Notes: generated from the letters alone by a model not told the origin. Positions 48,140 through 59,879 are shown, numbered from the stretch's first letter. The stretch: 64,000 nt of DNA from Gouania willdenowi (GCF_900634775.1 NC_041064.1:1444717-1508716); one strand, 5' to 3'. Numbers and translations: made by a program.

Positions 48140-49445
48140 ATTCCTTTTTAAAGGGGACATATGATGCTAAATCCACTTTTTTAGCCCTTAAATGCATTTT
48201 GTTGTATATTTAGAGTGTTTAGAAGTACAGAAAAAATCAAATTAGTCTCTTCAGATGCTCCGTAGATATCTTTATATTCTGTTTTGCTCATATTTTTCAA
48301 TCTGTTTCGATTTTTCGATTCTCTATTACGTTTTTTGAACAATAACGTCAGCAGAACTGCTAAATTAGTTCATCAACTCCAGGTCCAACACTTCGAGCAA
48401 TCCGCCATTTTTATTTCAGGCTTTTATTTTGTAGTCCAAGCTCCAGGATGCAGAAGTTACGAGAGGATAAGTCAAAATGTTGGGTTGTTGGATGTAGTAA
48501 CCCACACGCTTCATTACACCGTCTCCCAGCATCAGAACCTTTTCAAAGTGTCTGGTTGAGTTTTATTTTTTATAGAAATGTACCCACATCTGTGGATAAG
48601 GTCATTTTTGTGTGTGTGAAGCACTTCAATGATGACTGCTTCATCAACCTCCACCAGTATAAAGAAGGATTTACAGAAAGACTTTGTCTGATTGAGGGTT
48701 CAATTCCTTCTATCTTTGGAGACGATGAACAGAGCACTTCGGTAAGCTGTAAATAACGCTAAAAAGTGATGATAAGACGTCCCTGTCATTGTTTTGTTAG
48801 CATTAGCATTAGCACCGTCTTCATATGTTAGCGCTGTGTGCTCGTTTTAGATCCTTGATGATATGGCCTACGTGATTTAATTTAAGTCTAAAGTTTTCAT
48901 TAGTCATTTCATTTTGACGTTTTTGTCTTTGAAAAGACTGTATTAAAATGCATTTCGTGACGTTAGCTTGGCGCTAGCGTTAGCTCGGTGCTTGTGTTAG
49001 CTCACTTGTTAGGGTTCTGCAGGTTCATCATCTTCATTTTCATCTCGCTCCACTGGGTCAGACTCTGGCTGGAACATGTAAGGCTGGATGGACAAGTCTA
49101 ACGTTGTTGACATTGTGTAAATAACGTGTGAATAAAAAGTTTATGCTCCGCTACATAGCCGTATCTCTACTATCAAACTACAAAAATGGCCGAGCAGGGT
49201 GGAGTTGAACCGAGTGTCACCTGAAGAGGGGGCGGGGTATGGAGTGTCTCATTTGCATTTAAAGAGACAGCACCAAAACGAGTTGCTCTCAGAAGCACAT
49301 CAGAAAAGGGGTAGAAAAGGGGTGGAGCTATAATAATGAGGAATTCAGACCCAAACATTGCAGTAACACTTTATATAGACACAACTGTATGATTTATATG
49401 TAAAAAGGAAGGATTTAAAACCATGATATGTCCCCTTTAAAACAG
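48140..49445 (+). mobile_element. TIR-bounded element carrying a THAP-domain ORF (P-element-like non-autonomous transposon candidate)
   Basis: 48150 'ttaaaggggacatatgatgctaaatcc' versus the reverse complement of 49405-49440, 'ttaaaggggacatatcatggttttaaatcc'. Internal ORF 48448-48756 has C-x2-C...H and a terminal 'SIPSIF', which match the THAP C2CH and AVPTIF pattern. Confidence 0.5.
48448..48738 (+). CDS. THAP zinc-finger domain ORF (transposase- or THAP9-like N-terminus), first exon only; followed by 'gtaagc'
   Basis: 'KCWVVGCSNPHASLHRLPASEPFQSVWLSFIFYRNVPTSVDKVIFVCVKHFNDDCFINLHQYKEGFTERLCLIEGSIPSIF'. Confidence 0.5.
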
Positions 49446-50274
49446 ATTAAAAGTGAATTTTTTAAACTGACCTTGTAAACACTTCCTAATAATTCTTATT
49501 ATTAAAGTTTAATCTGAATTAAGTGGCTGGTTTATTCTGATTTGAATTCTGAATTAAATGATTTTGTCTTATTCCGCTTTAAGTTAATTCCGGTCGTTCT
49601 GAACATGCGCGACTTGCCGCAATTACACGCTGGTGACGACACAATCCAAGATGGCCGCCTGGTCTAGAGCTGATACTATTTATTTAATAAGAACCTTAAA
49701 AGACATGGATATAATGTAGAGTGGATGGACAGAAGAATAAACACAAGGACAGACTTATTACACATGGACATCGGCTTCACTAATGACACGTGGATCATTA
49801 TAAAGTCATTTTTCACTCAACGTCTTGTATATTGGAGGTAGAACAGATGTTCTATTAACAGCTGGCTTTGGTTGACCAAAGTACGTCTTCTATCATCTTC
49901 TCCTGCTCAGCTGAAATGTTATTGTCAAGCTGCTGCTTCAAAACTACTTTCAAAATAAAAGTGACTACAGTTCTTATCATGTGGTTTTCTATGTTGTACC
50001 TGAAAAGAAAAGGTTTGTTGTGTTTTTCCCAATATTAGTGATATGTCACGTTCTCCTGTATAATCAGAACCTTTCCAACCTAAAGAGGAATTTAATAAAG
50101 GTGAATAAACCTTTTCATGTAAACACGAACCAGAACACTTTCATTTTGAATAATGTAATTAGGAATAACTAATTCTGAATTAAAAAACATCATGTAACCA
50201 TTAATATAACCAGAGACACACAAACAGGTGTTGATTCCATTGTTCTCCATTCTCCAGCTGTTCCTGTGCAAAGA

Positions 50275-50306
<32 letters not shown>

Positions 50307-50339
50307 GTAGGACCTGCAGTAATATTGGGACTGTTATGG

Positions 50340-51080
50340 ATGCGCCCCCCCACAAAAAAAAAAAATTCATTTAATATTTTTCTATTGTTTTATTTAATAG
50401 ATGTATTTTTGTGACGCACACTGTTTATATTAGAGGTGATTATTGTTTATTGTTTGAACACAGTAGAGCTTTAATCACACCTAAAATATAAGACCCACAG
50501 ATTTACTTAACAAAATAAGTTGATTTATGACACATGTCACAAAATACAGATGCTTAAAAAGTGACCTGAAATTCCTGTAAAATGAAAATAGATTTTTTTT
50601 TAATTATTATTAAAACAAAAGACAATCTTAAACAACTATATTTCTATACTTTCACTTTGTGAATTTAGTTCAACTAAAATGCATTAAAAATAAATACAAA
50701 TCTGAGATCAAACATGATTAAAAACTAATTCTGAAAAAGTGTATTTTGGGGTCACCAGAGATTATTGATATGGAACAGGGGTCACGATCCAAAAAAGGTT
50801 GGGAGCCATTGGACTAAATACTGTTTATTTAGTTCAAGTCTGACCCATCACTGTGGGATGCTGAGCAAGTCCCTGTAGTTTGGCACCCCACTGGTACCCC
50901 TCAGGGAAAATGGGTAAAAATGCAGGGAAGAATTTTATACGGTGATCAATAATGGTTACATAATTATTGTTATTATTATTATAGTCAAACAAAGGGGGGA
51001 CTTGGATTCAGAAATAAGAGAAAGGGGGACTAGAGCCAAAATAGTTCAACAAACACTTGTAGGGGATCAAAATCTGGGTC
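50340..51080. mobile_element. Second copy of the interspersed repeat seen at 20500-21420
   Basis: Shared blocks listed under the 20500-21420 entry. Confidence 0.5.
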
Positions 51081-51094
51081 AGGGACCCCTACGT

Positions 51095-51420
51095 TTACAG
51101 TCTGTAGTTTAACAGTCTGTGGTTTAACAGTCTGTGGTTTAACAGTCTGTAGTTTAACAGTCTGTAGTTTAACAGTCTGTGGTTTAACAGTCTGTGGTTC
51201 AACAGTCTGTGGTTCAACAGTCTGTAGTTTAACAGTCTGTGGTTTAACAGTCTGTAGTTTAACAGTCTGTGGTTCAACAGTCTGTAGTTTAACAGTCTGT
51301 GGTTCAACAGTCTGTAGTTTAACAGTCTGTGGTTTAACAGTCTGTAGTTTAACAGTCTGTGGTTCAACAGTCTGTAGTTTAACAGTCTGTGGTTTAACAG
51401 TCTGTAGTTTAACAGTCTGT
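51095..51420. repeat. 15-bp minisatellite 'aacagtctgt(a/g)gttt' x ~22
   Basis: Direct reading. About 100 bp upstream of the last parp4 exon. Confidence 0.9.
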
Positions 51421-51516
51421 ATGGTCAGTAGACGTAGTAAAGAGTCAAAGGTTTAAAGGTTGATTAACTGCGTGTGGTTGTTTTATTCTGAAGTGTAAAA
51501 GGCTTTTATTTTGTAG

Positions 51517-51727
51517 CAGGGTGGAGAGGTGGGAGGTGGTGAAGAAGGCAGCAGACTGGGTGCGCTGGGCGGACTGGCAGTATCCCAGTATCTACAGCCG
51601 GCTGGAGTTGGCTCTGAGCTGGGAGGCGTTCACTCGTCAGTTGCTGGGATACGAGGACGTCCCTCCGTTCTCTGAGCTGCGTGGCCTCCACCTGCAGTTG
51701 GTCCCGCCTCCTCTCCTGGTTCACTGA
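51517..51727 (+). CDS. parp4: PARP4 terminal coding exon (MVP-interacting C-terminus); stop at 51725-51727
   Basis: '(S)RVERWEVVKKAADWVRWADWQYPSIYSRLELALSWEAFTRQLLGYEDVPPFSELRGLHLQLVPPPLLVH*' versus the remembered human 'EWVRRTEGQYPSICPRLELGNDWDSATKQLLG' (recalled, not checked). NAGNAG acceptor, so the start is 51517 or 51520. Confidence 0.7.
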
Positions 51728-51841
51728 GCCGACCCGTGAGAAACAGAACCTGCCTTGATTTACGCTTCAGTTTCACCTTGTTCCTCATTCCAACCTTTAT
51801 CAGAACAATATGTGTCATCAGGCCTGATGACACATATTGAT

Positions 51842-52320
51842 TATTAAACATAGGGCTGGGCGACATAGACAAAAACACATATCTCAGTATATTTCCTCCA
51901 AACAGCGATAAACGATATAAATGTTGATCATTTTAAATCAAATGACGTTCAACCAGAAAAACAGTTCAGGGTTAAATTTGTTGATGCAAACACAGGAAGA
52001 TTAAAAAACAGGAGTTTTGGTTGATTAATTACAGATAACTTGATGTGGGATGTCAAGTGTCTATGTTGTAAGATAAAGACATTTTTGATTGTACATTTTC
52101 AATATTAAATATTAACAGGTGGCCATATGGGCCAGTCAAGGTTTCTGTCAAATAAGCATCATATTTAGATATTTAGGTCCAGAACCTTAGAAATGTGTTT
52201 TTAATTCTAATAATGTGACTTTTGGTTGGCTAGGAACTGAAAAAACCTGTTTTTGGGTGGACGCCATTTTGAATTGTTCATTATGGCGACCCCTTTGAGA
52301 ATGATCAAAATAAGATGTAA

Positions 52321-52359
<39 letters not shown>

Positions 52360-52412
52360 ATAGGTAATATTGGAATTTTCTATATCACCATGATAGCCCA
52401 GCCCTATTTAAA
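51842..52412. mobile_element. hAT-like MITE (TIR 'TAGGGCTGGGCGA')
   Basis: 51842 'tagggctgggcgacatagac' versus 52385-52412 'gatagcccagccctat' (inverted). Includes (TA)n at 52325-52360. Confidence 0.5.
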
Positions 52413-52499
52413 TATTAATACCAGACATTTGTCATCACAGGACATCCATCATTATCGAACCAACTTCACCCCAAAACATTTAGAGGAAGTTTTTTTCAG

Positions 52500-52660
52500 T
52501 GGTTAAGGAAGTGGGCTTGTAATCAGAGGGTCATTGGTTCTAATCTTTCTGCTCCGTCACTGTGGGACATTGATCACTTCCTTATATGAAGCTTAACCAT
52601 GGCTGCTCCTCAGGGAGGGGTTAAATGCAAAGAACTAATTTCGTGCGTGTACCCGAAAAT
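52500..52660 (+). mobile_element. tRNA-derived SINE (partial, same family as 2925-3145)
   Basis: 'ggttaaggaagtgggcttgtaatcagagggtcattggttctaatc...ctcagggaggggttaaatgcaaag'. Confidence 0.55.
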
Positions 52661-52799
52661 ATATAACAATAAAGTAAAGTCTTTTTATTCTATTCAAAAT
52701 CTGGTAATTTCGCACAATTGTGTGTTGACCCTTTGCATTACAATGTTATCAAAATATATTTCTCGCTAGTTTTATGGAAGTCTGGGTTTTATAGACGTA

Positions 52800-53095
52800 A
52801 AAAACAAACGACTGTGGGTAGTGGTTAGTACGTCTGCCTCACAGCAAGAAGGTTCTGGGTTCAAGCCCTGGGGTGGACACCTGGGTCCTTTCTGTGTGGA
52901 GTTTGCATGTTCTCCCCGTGCTGCGTGGGCTTCCTCCAGGTACTCCGGCCCATAGGAGTGAATGAGAGTGAGTGGTCTGTGTTGCCCTGTAATGGACTGG
53001 TGTACCCCCGCCCAGCGCCCAATGAGAGCCAGAGATTGACACCGGCAGACCCCCGCGACCCTGATCAGTGGGTCTGAAAATGAATGAATGAATGT
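52800..53095 (+). mobile_element. tRNA-derived SINE with a conserved teleost core
   Basis: tRNA-like head 'gtgggtagtggttagtacgtctgcctcacagcaagaaggttctgggttcaagccc', then 'gagtttgcatgttctccccgtgctgcgtgggcttcctccaggtactccgg'. Confidence 0.65.
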
Positions 53096-55689
53096 CTGAC
53101 TGTAAAAGAGTCCAAACCAACCACACGAGACGTGACTACAGATGAACGTATGAATGTTGCAGTAGCTTTTATCATGGCCACATTGGAGGGGATGTGGGTG
53201 GGTGAACTGGTTCATTGTGTTTATTGCTAATCTAAATGTTTGCACTTAAATTCTTTATGTTTCATTGTAAAGATGATGTAATGCTTTGGGCCCTTATTCA
53301 CCTATTGCAGCTTTAATGGAATTTAAAAAAATAAAATGAGTATAATTGACTTTTTCTGTAGATTTTGTCATTTTTGTCCAAAGCGAGGGCTAAATATAGA
53401 ACATTGTGGTTTGTGGATCGGATTCACACAGACAAACACAGAAACAGGTTGTGTAGCTTCACCACAAATCTTCTGGTACTTGGTCTCTCACAGGGTTGAG
53501 GGTGTAGAGTTGCAGATTAAAGTTACTAAACTATAGGAAAGTCTTCACTTGACCATAGTTTTTCACCACAGATTTCATAGGACCTTAAGGTCACTCTGAA
53601 TAAAAAGGGAAGAAGCATTGTAAGAACAGGTCACGGTTTACAGAGTTCATTCTCTAATCTCACCACCTCCAGAATGACTTTTATGATATGGAAAAACCAA
53701 AGCCCAGGATCAGCACCAGACTTGCATCATTTATACTATGGTCGCTCAAGGTTGAGGCAGGTTCCCATAGTCTTTATTATCCTGTGCAGAGGAATCGTGT
53801 TCCATGTGCAGTCAGTACTGGTTGTGTCCTCCAGCCGCTCAGTCTGATCCTTTCTACCAGACTCACCACTGCCCTGGCTTAGGCCTGGACATCATCTGTC
53901 CGACCCAACGCAGTAAATCACTTTTCTTTTTACACTCACCTTTTGCTTATTTGTAACAACACACAGCCACACCCCCCAGCGGCAGGGCGGCCAATTGCAT
54001 AGTGAGGCGTTCCCTTCACCTAAGGGCCAGCCTCCGTGTCACGTTGACGGCATACCCCCGTGTAGGTCCTGACGCTGAACCTTAAACCAGGCTTTACTGA
54101 CACGCCTGCATGCCTAACAATTAAGTGTTTACATGTCACGCAGACGGCGCTACATCGTGAAGGTCACCTGATCACTATAGCTTCACTCACACCACACCTG
54201 CCACTACACCTAACTACTGACATTAGGTAAGTTTAGTGAAACTTAGACAGGTATACGTGTGTTAGACTGGTGTGTATGAATTTAGAAACGATCCACCCCC
54301 CATACTTACCTGAAGCTGCTGTGCTGCAGTACGTCATTGACCGTTACTTGCTGAAGGTCCAGACAACCCTCCAACAAAGGGAACCAGTCAAGTTCCTCCT
54401 CCAGATCCTCCCAAAGTTCCCACCAACACGGTGACAGAGAACAATTATGAACTGGTAAGTAAAGCTAACTAAACTAAGCTAATCCACCAACACACAGACT
54501 AGGCTCAGACTCAGAGCTAATGCTAACCACTCCATTTAAGGAATAGACCAATTAAAAAGTACACGTCATCAGCCTGATCTGGTGTAATTATAATAAATCA
54601 GAGATATTTATCAATCGTAGCTTTATGTACAGTAACTCATTATCAGATATAAAATAAACTTGATTCAGTAACAGTAAAAATTAGTTATTAATGCTTTTCA
54701 TGTGTTTTTTTTGGCACTGTCTACAGTTATTTTTATTGTATGTGTTAGTGATAAATTGTGTGAAGTTTCAGATCGATAAGACCAGATTCAGCAGAGATAT
54801 CATATTACATATTTACTGTTTCAGGGATTAAAATGGCGTTCTCGACCAGAGTTGAAGTCTAGCCACGCCCACACTGTGTGAGATATGGAAATACGATTAA
54901 GACCTATTGACTTGTCATCAGTTCTTCAGTGATGTGCACAGGTTTCAGGCCTCTGTGATGATTCCTCTTGGAGCTAGAAGCTAAAATGATGAATCTATTA
55001 AATTGGATTAAAAGACTTCTGTGTGTTTTCAAATATGGTTTCAAGAGACTTTTTTCTGTGTTTCTTAAGGATCCTATAAGTCTGTACATTTTGATCCATC
55101 CTGCAAATATGCTATAGTTTATTTCATGCACTGTTCATTGAATGTTCTGTACTAACCTCTGTTTTTTATTTATTTATGTTTTTATAAACAAAAACACACT
55201 TGTTTTAGAAAGTTTACAGAAATTCCAGAAAATCATAAATATAGTTTGATTAAATTTATATTAGTGCTTTGTGAACAATGCAATCAAAATATTTTTATTC
55301 ATATTACACATTATGTTATCACTCAGTAATGGAAATAATAAACAATATTTAACTGTTTAAGATTGTTTATTGTTCACTTGTGTCAAATAATGTTTCAACA
55401 TTTATTTAGATTAATTGAGATTAATAAATTACAAAGTCACTAATAAATTAGATTGACACCACTATAATATAAACTAATATCTTACCTATTATAGATCATA
55501 ATAGTGCTATTTTGTAGTAAAAGTTACATATTACATTTACTTGTGTTGCTGTAATTTAGTCAATTTTTAGTTTTCATAAAAAAAATTATAATTTTACTTC
55601 AGTTAATTTTTTTTGGAAGTTTTCTCTACATTTTAATTTGCATCTGTCACTGAGTAAAAATGTTGTTTATTATTGTCATATTTAGTGGT

Positions 55690-55830
55690 GTATGTATGTG
55701 TTGAATGCTACGTGGCTGTTTGGGATGTGATGCACTATCAAACTAAAGTCATGGCTTACAGAGCAAAGATGAGCATTGTTCAATCACATGTGAAGACAGC
55801 TGCTGCTTTACCTGCTCAGCTTCACATTTA
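55690..55830 (+). pseudogene. TAAR-like pseudogene fragment (TM3/IL2 region only)
   Basis: 'CVECYVAVWDVMHYQTKVMAYRAKMSIV' resembles 'SVDRYVAVCDPMHYSTKVTPNTAKMSVV' of the gene at 3751-4561. No flanking TM coding sequence. Confidence 0.45.
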
Positions 55831-56715
55831 CCATTTTTATTTGAATTCAACCCAAAATGTTAAGATAATGTTAGGTTTTTAATCATTAAAGGAGGAAAAG
55901 CTTTACATCTGTAAATATTTGATCTTCAGGATTTATTACAAACTGTCCTTTGTCTTTTCCCTGTTAATTCCATTGTTAAATAAGATGAAAACTCTGCTGG
56001 ACAAGGTTTCATGAAGCAACGTTTATTTAGAGACCAATGTGAGAAAAAGCTCAGAGCTACAAACAGCGTTACAGTGCGCAGGCTGATAGAACATTTACAT
56101 AAAGACTGAAATACAATAATAATCTCCAAATATTGTCAAAAACACAGAGATGTCAGTTATTATAGGGACATGAAGACAATCAACTCATTAAACACAATCA
56201 GGTCTAATAAAGAGACAGTGATATTATATTTAACATAGATATTTAACCCTCGGACTAAACAGGGTGAAACAAAGAGTCCTTTAGGCAGGACTTACAGCTG
56301 CCAAAATGATGGTCGCCACAAGGTGGAAGCCCCTCACTCTCTGTCTCACTGACAGTGGGTCATGACATGTATTGACATTGCTTACCTAGAGCTCTCCACG
56401 GCACAGACACATGGTGCAAAGGAGAGCACCACCAATATGTGGGACAGTGCAATCAAAAGTCATCTTTTCTTGAAGTTACATTTTTGTTTGAGTGCAGATT
56501 GCGTTTCATCATGTAGTGTTCTTGTTGCCATGGACTTGTGTATGTTAGTGTTTTTTGTTGTTTGAAAATTAATTTATAAAAAAAAGAAAATTGATGAAAA
56601 AGAAAAACAAAATGTTAGGATTAGGGTTAGAATTAAACAATCATTGGTTTAAACTTTACTGTACTGATAAATGCTGGAAATTGTGTTATTGTTCAAAGCA
56701 TTAGGGGCTGCTTTG

Positions 56716-57550
56716 TCAGCGTTTCCGCTCTCTGTGCAGCAGGTTAATATCACTGGAGCCAGGCTTCATTATCTGAAAGGTACCAATGAGCTTGATGGAC
56801 TTTCTGAACCAGGGGTAAAACAGTGCATAGATCAGAGGGTTGAAAAAGGAGTTCAGGTAAAACAGACACATCACAAAAGCCAAAGTGGAAGCATTTAAAA
56901 CAGAGTCTGCTCCAGTCATAGAAACACAAAAATATGGACAGGTGCACAGGAGAAAAACCACAATGACAACGCTGATTGTGCTGAAAGCTTTAAGCTCAGA
57001 TTTCTTTGTGGTGAATTGGGACTCGTGTGCAGGTCTCACAGATGCAACATGAGAACGCATAGAATGAGCATGAGACAAAGCCACCACAAACACCCTCAGA
57101 GACATCAGTACGATGACAATAACAGGTCCAATAAATGACAGGATAACATCTACAATGCTACCAACATAACTGACAACTACTACACACTCCCCAAGGCACG
57201 TGCTGTACTGGCCTGGTTGTTCCAGGTTATCTTTAAAAAGGTAAAATTGATAGAAAACAGAAATGATCCAGCACAGAGAAACACATACTTTCACTCTGTT
57301 TGCTGTGACTTTAGTGGGATACTGCAGAGGTTCACACACTGCCACGTAGCGATCCACTGAGAGCAGAACCATTGTTCCTATTGAAGCTGAGGTGAAGATA
57401 TATTCCAAATAATAATACACAAAACACAACAGCGCCCCAAACAACCAACAACCATCAATAAGTGATATTTGGAAGATCATAAGGATGCCCACGAAGAAAT
57501 CTGAGATAGCCAGAGAGAGGAGGAGGAGGTTGGTGGGAGTGTGGAGCTTC
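56716..57550 (-). CDS. TAAR-like GPCR gene 2, coding exon 2 (TM2-TM7, stop at 56716-56718)
   Basis: 'KLHTPTNLLLLSLAISDFFVG...SVDRYVAVCEPLQYPTKVT...NPLIYALFYPWFRKSIK'. The minus-strand acceptor is 'cacttttcag'. Confidence 0.75.
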
Positions 57551-57634
57551 CTGAAAAGTGAGAGATAAAGAAAAGTCAGATCAGATTTTATGAAAACAGA
57601 ACCTCCTAAACACTGTGAAAGAATATTTAAATAC

Positions 57635-57804
57635 CTGAAGTGTGAGATGGAGATGATGACCAGCAGGTTGAGGTTCACAGTCATCACAGAGATGGAGGAG
57701 AGGGTGATATAAATCAGCACAGAGACTGAGTGAGGACGCACGATCCTCCTGCACGATGAGTTAAGATTTGAAAAGCAGAACTCAGCGTCGTCAACGGTTG
57801 CCAT
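57635..57804 (-). CDS. TAAR-like GPCR gene 2, coding exon 1 (start codon at 57802-57804 on -)
   Basis: 'MATVDDAEFCFSNLNSSCRRIVRPHSVSVLIYITLSSISVMTVNLNLLVIISISHF'. Minus-strand donor 'cag|gtatttaaat'. The 84-nt intron (57551-57634) is stop-free and in frame. Confidence 0.7.
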
Positions 57805-58497
57805 CTTTGACCCCTCTGCCTCTCACTCTAATGTTGCACTGATTTATAAAACCTTTTCTCTTATTGCTCCGCCCTCCTTTGATCTGGTAACTTCCTTTTT
57901 GAATGAATATTTAGATGATTTGACCTCTGGGTTGTTTTTGCTTAATCTGTTTGAATTTGTTTGAAAAGGCCATCCACATTTAAAACGCAACTTTAAGACA
58001 AATTCCAATTCCAGAGAAAAGTGACCTGAAATGCTCTGCTCAACACACGACTTTTAGGGGAAAAAAATTATAGAAGTTCAACAAATGTAAAAATGTTTGC
58101 AGAACTACGTCTGTTAGTAGTTTAATGTTGTAGCAAGACTGCTTGTTTTTGTGGCTTTTTTTGGGCAAAACAAGCCATTCCACTTTATTGAGCTCTGAGA
58201 ACTGCATCCTGTGTCTCCTCCGCAGGAGTTTTGTGCAGACTGCCAGTCCCTCCCTGACCTACATTTCTCCACAGATCATCTCTAACCTGTTAACTACACA
58301 TGTGGCGGTGTGTAGTAGAGCATCATCTGGTCAACCAAATTCTCAACCGCGATTAAGTGAGAAAGTCAGCCAGAACCATCTGAAACCCTGGTCTATGGAT
58401 CACTCTAAACTTAAAAGAATGTAAAGCCAGATACTACAGATTGATCTGCTAATTTGTGTCGTTCAAATGGTGGAGCAGTGCATGGTCCAAACAGTGG

Positions 58498-59290
58498 TCA
58501 AAGGGCATTCCCAGGAGGTAGTAGCGCAGGCCATTGATCGCCCACCGAATTGCAAGACACTCTTGTTTTTAACTGTGCTGTACTTACTTTCTTTTCCGAC
58601 AGTTTTTGTCTGATGTAGGCCACTGGACGATTGACTCCCGTTACCTCCTGAGACAAATCAACCCCCACACCTCTGTTCGACCCATGTGTTTGTAAGATAA
58701 AAGTCAGAGAGAAATCAGGTGTGTCAAGAAGTGGTTCACCACAGAGAGTTTTCTTTACCTGTTTAAATGCCTGCTGGCATTGCTCCGTCCAGTGGACCGG
58801 ATTTGAGGCACCTTTGCGCGTATGGGTTAGGGGGGCAGTCTGATAAGCAAAGTTTTGAATGTATTTCTGCCATACCCAAGAACCCCCAATGTCTTTTTTT
58901 GGTTTGGGGCCGTGGACAGGCCGCAATCGCTGCGGTAGTTTTATCTACTTAAAGTCTGTCCACAACCCAAGTGGTACCCCAGACACCGTACCGCACACTT
59001 CTTTGGGTTGGCTGTGAGCCCCACCTGTCTTAATGCACCCAACACGGCACTTGCCTCCCGCCTTAATATCAGGACATTGAGGTAGTAGTTTTCTTTCTTA
59101 ATCTTTGTTTGATGTCTCACTATGGGATGCACATCCCTGCTGCAGACCTCAGAAGTGATTGTGGTCTGTCCACGGCCCCAGTCCAAAAAAGACATTAGGG
59201 GTTCTTGGATATGGCAGAAGTACATTCCAAACTTTGCTGACCAGACTGTCCCCCAAACCGACCTTACTTGCAAAGGTGCCTCAGATCCGG
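58498..59290 (-). mobile_element. Gypsy/ERV-like pol fragment (RT to RNase H linker) with an inverted internal duplication
   Basis: ORF 58498-58926 reads '...NPVHWTEQCQQAFKQVKKTLCGEPLLDTPDFSLTFILQTHGSNRGVGVDLSQ'. 58770-58930 is the reverse complement of 59140-59290. Confidence 0.5.
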
Positions 59291-59879
59291 TCCAGTGAAC
59301 GGAGCAGTGTCAGCAGGTGTTTAAACAAGTAAAGAAAACTATAGGTTATTTACATAACCCGGTTCTCTGAGTAATATGAGTGAGATGTTTCACTGTGGGA
59401 TATATGCCTCTGCGTCATATCTCAGAAGCCCTATCTCATTACACTAATTCTGATTTGCTATTGAAAAGTATCTGTCCGCCGCAGGTACTCCCACCTACCA
59501 TAAATAGCGCAGGCTGACGGTACTACACCATTCAAACACCTCTTCTCACTCGAAGCATATCTCACATCCACTAGTGGCCCAACTGTCCGCAAATGCATCT
59601 TTTCTAGCCTTCGTTGCCAGGCGTTGCTGGTAGGAAGCTTGTTTCATACTGACCAGTGCTTATCTTGCATCCACTCTCAGTTTCGCACTGCCCTCGATGC
59701 CCCACCATGGCTGTCAAGCTTCCTGACAATTAACACACCAGTTAATAGCTCGGTTTGACTGCCTAGACGCCCCACCATGACTGTCGGGCCTGTTTGGTTT
59801 TCTTTTCGATTAGCACGCCAGCTAGCTGCCACGTGTTTGCGCTAGCTAGCAGCCTCGTCTCCCTGCCCACACTCGTGAG

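Noticed and set aside
52772-53245. 157-aa ORF on the - strand
   Set aside because: It lies across a tRNA-derived SINE and a 'gaatgaatgaatg' repeat, so it is a repeat-derived open frame.
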